Assembly: GCA_963704705.1 (NCBI GenBank)
Contig: OY969931.1
Location: forward strand, 270,001-302,000
DNA: 32,000 nt
Origin: an uncultured bacterium
Lineage (GTDB): Bacteria > Patescibacteriota > Gracilibacteria > UBA1369 > PNNO01
Reading direction: 5' to 3'
Shown here in pieces: positions 1 through 7,493 of this stretch (its first letter is position 1; every line of letters starts with the position of its first letter). The position numbers and the translations under genes were made by a program. The notes beneath the pieces are model-generated. The model searched no databases. It had not been told where the DNA came from and saw only the letters and a list, made by a program, of their open reading frames with translations.

Positions 1-293
1 GGAGTATTTGTAATTTTGATTCCGCGCTCTGTAGCAGCATCCAAATCAATATTATTAAAACCAACAGCATAATTTGAAATAACTTTTAACTGATCGCCCG
101 CAATATCCATAACTTCAGCATCCATTTTGTCATTTAATAAGCTTAAAATTCCATCACAGCCTTTTACTTTTTCAAGCAAAACATCGCGATCAACAACTTT
201 ATCATCAGGATTAACCTCAACATCGTATCCTTTGTCTTCAAGCATCTGTACGGCATTTCCGGGAATTTGGCGTGTTACGTATACTTTAGGCAT
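1..293 (-). CDS. D-isomer-specific 2-hydroxyacid dehydrogenase, glyoxylate/hydroxypyruvate reductase-like (N-terminal ~97 codons only; gene runs off the left edge)
   Basis: Absent from the ORF track because there is no stop in the window. The reverse-strand reading from ATG at 293..291 gives MPKVYVTRQIPGNAVQMLEDKGYDVEVNPDDKVVDRDVLLEKVKGCDGILSLLNDKMDAEVMDIAGDQLKVISNYAVGFNNIDLDAATERGIKITNTP. This is the typical N-terminal substrate domain of the GyaR/GhrB family (ANYAVGxxNIDxxxAxxRGIxxTNTP). Its start overlaps the upstream aminotransferase stop (ATGCCTAA). Confidence 0.8.
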   Translation of the reverse strand, partial: MPKVYVTRQIPGNAVQMLEDKGYDVEVNPDDKVVDRDVLLEKVKGCDGILSLLNDKMDAEVMDIAGDQLKVISNYAVGFNNIDLDAATERGIKITNT

Positions 294-1491
294 TGAGTCG
301 TGTGGTTATATAATTTTTAATACGTGAAAGTCCTTCTTTTATGTCTTCTTCAGTTGAAACATAAGAGAATCTTACAAAGTCATCTCCGAATTGGCCGAAT
401 ACAGTACCCGGCAAAATTAAAACATGCGCTTCTTTCATGATATCATCTGCAAGCTGAGGCGCATCGATTCCCCATTTATCGAGCAGTTCGCGAACATTCA
501 CCATTAAATAGAATGCTCCTTTTGGCGATTTGCAGCTGAACCCAGGAATATCATTCACTAATTCAACCATTAAATCGCGTCGTTTTTTATATTCATCCAG
601 CATTTCTTTAACGCGGTCTTGTGGGCCTGTCAGGGCTTCAAGAGCAGCATACTGCGCAATTGTATTTGTGCAGCTCACATCGTTTGTAGCCAGGCGCTCC
701 AAATAATGCATCATCTCTTTATTTTTTGTGAGGCCCCATCCTATTCTGTAGCCGGTCATTGCGTAAGTTTTTGAGCATCCGTTTAGCATAACTGTTCTTT
801 CAGGCATTCCTTCAATGCTCATTAAAGAATGATGCTCACCTTCATGCACCATTTGATCGTAGATTTCATCGCTTAGAACCCAAAGGTCGTGTTTTTTCGC
901 GATTTCAGCAATTTGTTCGATTAGTTCTTTTGTAAAAACACCTCCTGTTGGATTTTGAGGAGTGTTAATTATTATAAGTTTGGTTTTGTCAGTTATTTTT
1001 GATTCAAGATCTTCGGCTGTAAAATTAAAATCATTTTCTTCTTTTAGCTGAATCGGCACAACTACTCCTCCCAAATACTCAGTCACAGAGCCATAAATGG
1101 GATATGACGGATTAGGCACAATTACTTCATCTCCTTCATCAATCAAAGCCTGAATCATATAAAACATGATTGGCTTGCCACCCGGCACAACAACAACATC
1201 TTCAGCAACAAAAGGCTCACAACTGTATTTGCTGTAAAAGTCGGCAATGGCTTCTCGCAATTGAGGAATCCCCGGCGAAGGAGTGTAGTGCGTTTGATTA
1301 TCTTTAATTGCTTTGATTGCTGCTTCATTAATATTAGCCGGAGTATCAAAGCCGGGCTCACCTATTTGAAGATAAACAAGCGATTTGCCTTGTGGTTTTA
1401 GAACTTCGTTTTCAAATTTTTTGGCCTTGGTTATAACAGAGAATGCGTTTTCTGTTCCAAGGCGGGGCATTCTTTTTGCAAATGATTTCAT
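286..1491 (-). CDS. PLP-dependent aminotransferase, class I/II (AspC/alanine-aminotransferase-like)
   Basis: 401-aa ORF with fold-type I aminotransferase hallmarks: NPSYPIY, INTPQNPTG, and the PLP-lysine motif CSKTYAMTGYRIGW. Its start is coupled to the upstream stop through an ATGA overlap at 1488-1491. Confidence 0.9.
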   Translation of the reverse strand: MKSFAKRMPRLGTENAFSVITKAKKFENEVLKPQGKSLVYLQIGEPGFDTPANINEAAIKAIKDNQTHYTPSPGIPQLREAIADFYSKYSCEPFVAEDVVVVPGGKPIMFYMIQALIDEGDEVIVPNPSYPIYGSVTEYLGGVVVPIQLKEENDFNFTAEDLESKITDKTKLIIINTPQNPTGGVFTKELIEQIAEIAKKHDLWVLSDEIYDQMVHEGEHHSLMSIEGMPERTVMLNGCSKTYAMTGYRIGWGLTKNKEMMHYLERLATNDVSCTNTIAQYAALEALTGPQDRVKEMLDEYKKRRDLMVELVNDIPGFSCKSPKGAFYLMVNVRELLDKWGIDAPQLADDIMKEAHVLILPGTVFGQFGDDFVRFSYVSTEEDIKEGLSRIKNYITTRLNA

Positions 1492-2435
1492 GATTTGCGT
1501 TGGATTACTTTTTTAGATTGTTGAATGATTTCTTTAGAAGTGATTCCATGTTTTTCCATAAGTTCGCGTGGTTGTCCTGATTCTCCAAAAGTGTCATTTA
1601 TTCCCACCATTTCAACCGGAACCGCATAGTTCTGAGCCAAAACTTCCATAACAGCGCTGCCCATTCCACCGGCCATCTGGTGTTCTTCAGCAGTTACAAC
1701 TGCGCCGGTTTTTTGCGCTGAAGCAATAATCGCGTCTTTATCAATAGGTTTGATTGTATGTAGATTTATAACTTCAGCTTCAATGCCTTCTTTTGCAAGT
1801 TCTTCAGCTGCATCTAGTGATTCTGCAACCATTGGTCCGCATGCAATAATTGTTACATCGCTGCCTTCTCTCATAATATTAGCTTTGCCAACCTCAAAAG
1901 GCGCATCTTCACCGGTTACAACCGGAACTTTTTCGCGACCGAATCTTATGTAAACAGGGCCATTAATTTTTTCCGCAGCAAGAACCGCTTTTTTGGTTTC
2001 GTAATAGTCACTTGGAACAATCACAGTCATTCCCGGCAAAACACGCATAATAGTAATTTCTTCCAAAGCCTGGTGTGTTGCACCATCAGGACCAACAGAA
2101 ATTCCGCCGTGTGCTCCGCCGAATTTAACATTAAGCTCCCCATAGCAAATTGAAGTTCTTATTTGTTCCCATGCTCGTCCGCTAACAAAAACTCCGTAAG
2201 TCGTAACAAAAGGCACAAGTCCTGTTAATGAAAGTCCGCCCGCAACATTTACCATATTTTGTTCTGCAATCCCCATGTCAAAAAATCGCTCGGGAAAGCG
2301 CTCTTTATATAAAGAAGTAAGAGTCGATTTAGCAAGGTCCGCATCAAGCACCACTATTTTTTCGTTTTTTTCGCCAAGTTCCAAAAGGGCATCAGCCCAC
2401 CCTTGGCGCGTCAACTTCATGTCGCGCGTCTGCAT
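1488..2435 (-). CDS. tkt: Transketolase, C-terminal (pyrimidine-binding plus C-terminal domain) subunit
   Basis: 315-aa ORF whose sequence (FFDMGIAEQNMVNVAGGLS, GPDGATHQALEEITIMRVLPGMTVIVPSD, full C-terminal domain) matches the second half of transketolase. The start is uncertain (2435, or Met-6 at 2420). Either start overlaps the N-terminal subunit gene. Confidence 0.9.
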   Translation of the reverse strand: MQTRDMKLTRQGWADALLELGEKNEKIVVLDADLAKSTLTSLYKERFPERFFDMGIAEQNMVNVAGGLSLTGLVPFVTTYGVFVSGRAWEQIRTSICYGELNVKFGGAHGGISVGPDGATHQALEEITIMRVLPGMTVIVPSDYYETKKAVLAAEKINGPVYIRFGREKVPVVTGEDAPFEVGKANIMREGSDVTIIACGPMVAESLDAAEELAKEGIEAEVINLHTIKPIDKDAIIASAQKTGAVVTAEEHQMAGGMGSAVMEVLAQNYAVPVEMVGINDTFGESGQPRELMEKHGITSKEIIQQSKKVIQRKS

Positions 2436-3306
2436 TTTGGTCAGTGGTTAGTAATTGGTGAATTCTGTCTTCTGCTGCTTTAAGCTCTATAAGAGCAATT
2501 TTTAATTCTTCATCGTTCGGAGCTTTTCCATGCCATGCAACGTTATCTTCCATGTATGAAATTCCTTTTCCTTTTATTGTATTAGCAATTATAACTTTTG
2601 GCTTTCCGCTCATTGTGAGAGATTTATCAAAAGCTTCGTGAATCTGCCCGAAATCATGACCATCTTCAACAACAATCACATCCCAATTAAAACTTTTGAA
2701 TTTTTCATCAAGCGGATGAACCCCCATAATATCCTCAACATGTCCGTCTATTTGAAGTTTGTTGTAGTCAACTATTAAAGTAAGATTATCAATTTTATAG
2801 TGTGCCGCAGCCATAATCGCTTCCCAGCTCTGGCCTTCCTGTAAATCTCCTTCACTTGATAATGCCCACACTTTATTAGGCTTTTTTTGTGTTTTCAGAC
2901 CAAGTCCAACGCCAACCGCTATCGAAAGATTTTGACCAAGTGAACCACCTGACATTTCCATTCCAATTGGATGAAATCTTGAAGGATGCCCTTGCAAATT
3001 TGAGCCAAGCTTCCTAAATGTCATGAGCTCGGCAGGGTCAAAATAGCCTGTTCTGGCCAAAATTGAGTAAATCGCAGGAGTTATATGGCACTTACAAAAA
3101 ATCATAAAATCACGATCTTCCCATTTTACGTTTTCAGGATCGTGTTTTAAATATTCGTTAAATAAAGTAACTAAAATTTCCACAGCTGAAAGCGAGCCAC
3201 CCGGATGCCCGGAACCCGCAGCATTAACCATTTCAACGATATCTTTTCGCATTTGGTTTGCCTTAAGTAATCTATCTTTTTCTGAAAGTTTTATTGGATA
3301 TTCCAT
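2392..3306 (-). CDS. tkt: Transketolase, N-terminal (thiamine-diphosphate-binding) subunit
   Basis: 304-aa ORF with GSGHPGGSLS and the GDLQEGQSWEA / DNLTLIVDYN ThDP/Mg-binding region of transketolase. The split two-gene arrangement is typical of archaea and some bacteria. Confidence 0.9.
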   Translation of the reverse strand: MEYPIKLSEKDRLLKANQMRKDIVEMVNAAGSGHPGGSLSAVEILVTLFNEYLKHDPENVKWEDRDFMIFCKCHITPAIYSILARTGYFDPAELMTFRKLGSNLQGHPSRFHPIGMEMSGGSLGQNLSIAVGVGLGLKTQKKPNKVWALSSEGDLQEGQSWEAIMAAAHYKIDNLTLIVDYNKLQIDGHVEDIMGVHPLDEKFKSFNWDVIVVEDGHDFGQIHEAFDKSLTMSGKPKVIIANTIKGKGISYMEDNVAWHGKAPNDEELKIALIELKAAEDRIHQLLTTDQNADARHEVDAPRVG

Positions 3307-3458
3307 CTCGGTTACTTAAATTTCTGTGTGCAGGGTATTATATTAAATTTTCATTTGCAACAATTAAAAGCGTTTTTTTGTTGTTTAAATAGACAAAAAG
3401 TTGCTTAGTTAATAAATTTCAGACATAGATTTTGCATGAAAAAATATATCAACCTTTA

Positions 3459-3487
3459 TTGACAAGAGGGTATTGTTGGGTTATAGT
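3459..3487 (+). promoter_or_regulatory. Sigma70-like promoter candidate (TTGACA-17 nt-TATAGT)
   Basis: A perfect -35 TTGACA at 3459-3464, a 17-nt spacer and TATAGT at 3482-3487, lying 26 nt upstream of the ATG at 3513. Confidence 0.45.
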
Positions 3488-3512
3488 TTTTCCCAAAATT
3501 AATTAAATTGAT

Positions 3513-3851
3513 ATGTCTTTAGAATCAAATGAAGCCAGTGAAACATTAATAATATTTAATGAGGAAAGAAGAGCTTTTTTAGAATTGAAACTTGCAGAAT
3601 ACGGCTTAAGGCTGACGCAATCAGAAGGTCGCAAAACATCTCCGGGAACACTTTATAAATCAAAAATAATATCAAAACTTTTAACTGACGGAGAGGTTGA
3701 TTACGAGGAATTAAAAGAAGCCCTGTTGTCAGAATTAGGGGAGATAGATGAAGAAAGATATCAAAATGCTTTTTTTGTGATTAAAGCTTATAACGAAGGA
3801 AGGAATAACGAGCTGCTAACCAGAGAAGAATTAAAAATAATTACAGAATAA
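3513..3851 (+). CDS. Hypothetical small acidic protein (112 aa)
   Basis: Clean ORF downstream of a consensus-like promoter. It is Glu/Leu-rich and predicted helical, and I recognise no motif. Confidence 0.55.
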   Translation: MSLESNEASETLIIFNEERRAFLELKLAEYGLRLTQSEGRKTSPGTLYKSKIISKLLTDGEVDYEELKEALLSELGEIDEERYQNAFFVIKAYNEGRNNELLTREELKIITE

Positions 3852-3853
3852 TC

Positions 3854-3966
3854 GAGTATATCTGATGTTAAGAACAATCTGACTGAGAGAAGCAGTAAAA
3901 CAGCTGGAAGCGGTTTTAGAGTTTGTTTTAAACTTGTCTCAAATATTCTAAACATCAGATACACTC
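3854..3966. repeat. Extended imperfect inverted repeat / ~113-nt hairpin (candidate structured RNA, unusual terminator or MITE-like relic)
   Basis: Outer arms 3854-3874 (gagtatatctgatgttaagaa) and 3946-3966 (ttctaaacatcagatacactc) are 19/21 complementary. Nested pairs are 3885-3892/3933-3940 (7/8) and 3896-3902/3924-3930 (7/7). The apical loop is 3903-3923. Confidence 0.5.
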
Positions 3967-4080
3967 TGGAATTTCCAATAGTCAGCTTCCAAGTTGTAGC
4001 ATAATCAATATAGTCTAAAAATCAATTACTCCAGCTGATTTTTCACGTTTTTTTCATATTTGTGGAAGCCAGGCAATATG

Positions 4081-4109
4081 TTGTATGGAATTTAATTTTC
4101 ATATATAAT
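4081..4109 (+). promoter_or_regulatory. Promoter candidate (TTGTAT-17 nt-TATAAT)
   Basis: TTGTAT at 4081-4086, a 17-nt spacer and a perfect TATAAT at 4104-4109, lying 21 nt upstream of the radical SAM start. Confidence 0.4.
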
Positions 4110-4129
4110 ACCCTCCTTTATTTAGTCAC

Positions 4130-4984
4130 ATGGAAAAACAAGCTGTAATATTAATGGTTAATGATCGCGAAGCTTGCAATATGGAATGTACGCATTGCTA
4201 TCTACCTTATGAAGGGGTGAGAACTCCTGAAAATGTAGTTGAATTGGTTAAGAACTTAAAGGATAGATATCGCGTTGTAATAGCTGGCAGTGAAACTTTG
4301 GTTGATTTGGGATACCTGGAAGCATATGAAAAAGCAGGACAAAAATATATTTTAACAAATGGAGTTTTGTTGGCTCAAAAGCCGGAAATTTTTGATGAAT
4401 TAGAGAGGCATGGAATTGAAGAAATATGGTTGAGTCTTCATTTTGGTATTCAAAAAGATCTGCACAGCGTACCGGAAAAAATTATTAATGATGTTGTTTC
4501 GCAGGCAAAAGAAAAAGGATTTAAAGTCTGGATTACAGTGGTAATTTCACCTGAAAACTATAATCAGGTTAACGAAATGTGTGCAAAAGTGAAAAAAATG
4601 GGGGCAGACACTATTGGATTTTTAAAATATATAAAACTTGGATGTGCAAATGCAGAAGAAAGGGAAGTGCTTAAAGGTAAAGAAAGACAAGAATTTTTTG
4701 ATTTGGTTCAGCAAGCCCGCGATCAATATGCGAAAGATGATTTAAATATAGTCTTACATGGAAATTTCGGCCCAAGAAAAGGCTCAAAAGGCGAGCAACT
4801 TGCCCAACAAAACGAATTTTGCCATGCAGCTGAAAAGATTTTCGCAATTGATCCTGATGGAAATGTTTACGGATGTCCTTTTTTAATGAATGAACCAATT
4901 GGCAGACTTACAGATGATTTTAGGTTGGAGGTGTCCGAAGTGCTTTGTGAAGGACAGAGGCAAAAATGCCTTACGGATATGTGA
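4130..4984 (+). CDS. Radical SAM enzyme with C-terminal auxiliary-cluster (twitch/SPASM-like) cysteines
   Basis: The canonical CxxxCxxC motif (CNMECTHCY) is at residues 16-24. The C-terminal CHAAEKIFAIDPDGNVYGCPF ... CEGQRQKC resembles a partial SPASM/twitch domain. Confidence 0.85.
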   Translation: MEKQAVILMVNDREACNMECTHCYLPYEGVRTPENVVELVKNLKDRYRVVIAGSETLVDLGYLEAYEKAGQKYILTNGVLLAQKPEIFDELERHGIEEIWLSLHFGIQKDLHSVPEKIINDVVSQAKEKGFKVWITVVISPENYNQVNEMCAKVKKMGADTIGFLKYIKLGCANAEEREVLKGKERQEFFDLVQQARDQYAKDDLNIVLHGNFGPRKGSKGEQLAQQNEFCHAAEKIFAIDPDGNVYGCPFLMNEPIGRLTDDFRLEVSEVLCEGQRQKCLTDM

Positions 4985-4992
4985 TTAGGATT

Positions 4993-6315
4993 TCAATTTA
5001 GCCTTTTCATCATTTTCTCACGATTTCCCGCATCTAGCTGAGCCTTATTATCCCTAATCTCTAATTCAATCTTTCCTTTTACAAATTTCCCTTCTTCAAT
5101 ATCCTGGCCAATGCTAAGGCCTGGGCCAATAATCGTATTCGAACCTATTTTTAAACCCGGATTAAAGCTTGTATTTATTCCAACCCTTATATTTTCGCCG
5201 CAAACGAGACCAAATTTATTGGTTCCTGTTCCCATTTTTTCGCTACCCACATTCAAACTGATTTCGCCTTCATCCAGGCGTAAGTTGCCGGTTACTGCGC
5301 CGCTTCCAAAACTAACATTTCTGCAAATTATACTGTCTCCGATGTAGTTAGTGTGAGTCCACACATCGCGGTCTAAATAAGAACGCGCAATCTCAGTTGA
5401 ATATCCAACAACGCTGCCTTCATTAACCATAGATCCGCGAACCAAAGCATTATTGGCAACAATCACTCCCTTACCTATATATGCAGGACCGCTAATAACA
5501 GCATTATCAAAAATCTTTGCACCGGCTTCAATAATCACATTACCTTTAATAACAGCGGTATCGGCAACAACAGCTTCTTCACTTATATCTGTATTCATGT
5601 TCTCAAAAAACCAGTCCATAACCTTGAACACATGCCACGGGTATTTAATCGGCTGCCAAAAGCCATCATACATCAGGGCTTTCATGCGGCTTCCATCCTT
5701 AATTAACTTATCCAATGCAACTTCGTAACGGTCGTCATTGTTTGACTCGGTTTGTTCAATAACCTTTACCAATTTGGCAGGGGATTTATGGCAATGGATA
5801 ACAATATTTACAAGATCGCTCGGTTCTTTGCCTTCACCCGGTTTTTCAATAATCGACTTAATCATGCCTTCATCATCAATCTCTAAGTAACCGCCCGGAA
5901 AATATTTTTCGACTTTCGCTCCTACAATCAGGCTTTCCGCGTCAGCTTTAAGCACTTCTTCCAAAACTAGAGTGTACGCTTTTTTATCAACAACATCATT
6001 GGCACTAACAATACAAACAGGCTCATCATCAAGGATATCTTTTGTTGCAAGTACTGCGCCCGCCATGCCTTCATCTAAATCTTTTTGTTCAACAACCTGA
6101 TATTTGATTTTGCCGAAATTATAATTTTTTGGAAGTTCGCTTAGCTTTTCAATATTGTGCTTTCCGCCGATCACAACAAAATCATCAAATCCGCTGTCCA
6201 TAAGCGCGTGAATCTGATGCACAATCAGCGGCTTCCCATTAAAAAGAAGGAAGTTTTTGTCAGGAATCGGTTGCATGCGTTTGCTACGTCCTGCAGCAAG
6301 CAGCAAAACTCGCAT
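4993..6315 (-). CDS. Sugar-phosphate nucleotidyltransferase fused to a left-handed beta-helix (hexapeptide) domain, GlmU-like/archaeal type
   Basis: The N-terminus MRVLLLAAGRSKRM is the nucleotidyltransferase G-rich loop. The C-terminal ~180 aa consist of imperfect hexapeptide repeats (IGKGVIVANNALV..., IGDSIICRNVSFG..., IGSNTIIGPGLSIG). Confidence 0.85.
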   Translation of the reverse strand: MRVLLLAAGRSKRMQPIPDKNFLLFNGKPLIVHQIHALMDSGFDDFVVIGGKHNIEKLSELPKNYNFGKIKYQVVEQKDLDEGMAGAVLATKDILDDEPVCIVSANDVVDKKAYTLVLEEVLKADAESLIVGAKVEKYFPGGYLEIDDEGMIKSIIEKPGEGKEPSDLVNIVIHCHKSPAKLVKVIEQTESNNDDRYEVALDKLIKDGSRMKALMYDGFWQPIKYPWHVFKVMDWFFENMNTDISEEAVVADTAVIKGNVIIEAGAKIFDNAVISGPAYIGKGVIVANNALVRGSMVNEGSVVGYSTEIARSYLDRDVWTHTNYIGDSIICRNVSFGSGAVTGNLRLDEGEISLNVGSEKMGTGTNKFGLVCGENIRVGINTSFNPGLKIGSNTIIGPGLSIGQDIEEGKFVKGKIELEIRDNKAQLDAGNREKMMKRLN

Positions 6316-6321
6316 ATTGTC

Positions 6322-7440
6322 TTATGTTAATATTTCAGGAAGTCTATTTTGATCGATTGCCTGGCGGATTTCAAGAGCAGTTCTCTCACCGTAACTTACA
6401 CTTTCGCCCCACAGATATCCGGTATAAGGCGTGAATCGGGTTCCAGGAGACCCCGGAATTCGCATACTTACATCAAAAATCACGATTTCTTCTTTGCCTG
6501 ATTCAGCTGTAACAGCTCCCTGCAGCGCAAAAGGTCCTATAATTCCCGGCGCTGTCTCTTTTTTGGTTAAAGCTACAAACTTTTCACCGATATCAAAAAT
6601 TTTCTCTAGAATTGATTCTTTTGTTGTTACTGCATAATGCCCGGTTTCAATTAATTTTGGCTTCACATATTTAAGAAGTTCGATTTGCTCAGGTGCAGGT
6701 AGTCTCAATAAGCCATCTAAATTTGTTTGTCTTCTTGTATCAGTTCCCATAAGCTCAAGTTCATCATCAATAACCGAATAAAAGAAGTTGCAGTTAACGT
6801 GCGCGCCAACAATATATTCTTCAATAACTGCGTTTTTAAGGGTTTCTTCTTTAATAATCCCGGCTTTAATAAGATCGCCTGATTTATTCTGATAATCAAC
6901 CGCATTGTTAGCAAGGAAGAATGCGCGTTCATATCCGCGCTCAGCCTCGTTAACCTTAACAATAGAAAGTCTGTCGATTTGTTCAGGACTATCAAAGATT
7001 TTCGGGATTCTTATGCCTGCTTTTTCTAATAAATAGTATTGGTTTTTTTCAACATCGCGCTCTTCGAGTTTAAGCATTTCGCGGGTTCCGTAAATCGGCA
7101 CCTTAAAGTCTTTTTCAATCTCTTCAAAATCACAATAAACCCAAAAATACCTATTGTGGATAAATATAGTGTTTCTTTTACGGAGTTCTTCCTGAACTTC
7201 CGGCTTCACAATATCCTTAAAATGATCAACCATAATCACATCATCAATGCATCCGCGACCATCAGGTCTCGATTTATAGTATTTTGAATAGGTTTTATCC
7301 CGGCCTTTCATACAAACCGCAAGTGTTTTAAAGCCGAGTTTTTTAGCGCCATGGCAAACATCAAGGGCACTGTGTCCGCCAAGAACGCCTATGGTTATAT
7401 TTTCGGTATCATATTTTTCGAGAATTTTTAAAATATCCAT
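6322..7440 (-). CDS. PurP-like ATP-grasp protein (divergent paralog of FAICAR synthetase)
   Basis: 372 aa. It shares the PurP N-terminal module (GGHSALDVCHGAKKLGFKTLAVCMKGR) and ATP-grasp core (EEYIVG, FFYSVIDDELELMGTDTR, GPFALQ) with the adjacent gene, but is clearly more divergent. Confidence 0.8.
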   Translation of the reverse strand: MDILKILEKYDTENITIGVLGGHSALDVCHGAKKLGFKTLAVCMKGRDKTYSKYYKSRPDGRGCIDDVIMVDHFKDIVKPEVQEELRKRNTIFIHNRYFWVYCDFEEIEKDFKVPIYGTREMLKLEERDVEKNQYYLLEKAGIRIPKIFDSPEQIDRLSIVKVNEAERGYERAFFLANNAVDYQNKSGDLIKAGIIKEETLKNAVIEEYIVGAHVNCNFFYSVIDDELELMGTDTRRQTNLDGLLRLPAPEQIELLKYVKPKLIETGHYAVTTKESILEKIFDIGEKFVALTKKETAPGIIGPFALQGAVTAESGKEEIVIFDVSMRIPGSPGTRFTPYTGYLWGESVSYGERTALEIRQAIDQNRLPEILT

Positions 7441-7493
7441 AAATAGTTATATTAAAAAAAGCGATCGCATTATAGCATAATTTATATTCATTC

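Noticed and set aside
127-327. 66-aa plus-strand ORF from the track
   Set aside because: It lies entirely antisense to the well-supported 2-hydroxyacid dehydrogenase and aminotransferase coding sequence. It has a low-complexity Ser/Thr-rich translation and no motif.
1488-2394. An alternative genetic code (UGA reassigned, as in some CPR lineages)
   Set aside because: TGA terminates tktC (1488-1490) and tktN (2392-2394) at the expected protein lengths. All conserved proteins are full-length under code 11.
3911-3945. The string ggttttagagtttgttttaaac, reminiscent of type II CRISPR repeat or tracrRNA sequences
   Set aside because: It occurs only once. There is no repeat-spacer periodicity anywhere in the window and no cas genes. 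It is better explained as the apical part of the long hairpin at 3854-3966.
5111-7287. Several 68-92-aa track ORFs (5111-5347, 5453-5728, 6431-6637, 6717-6995, 7039-7287)
   Set aside because: All are antisense to or out of frame with the strongly supported nucleotidyltransferase and PurP-like genes. They are typical shadow ORFs.
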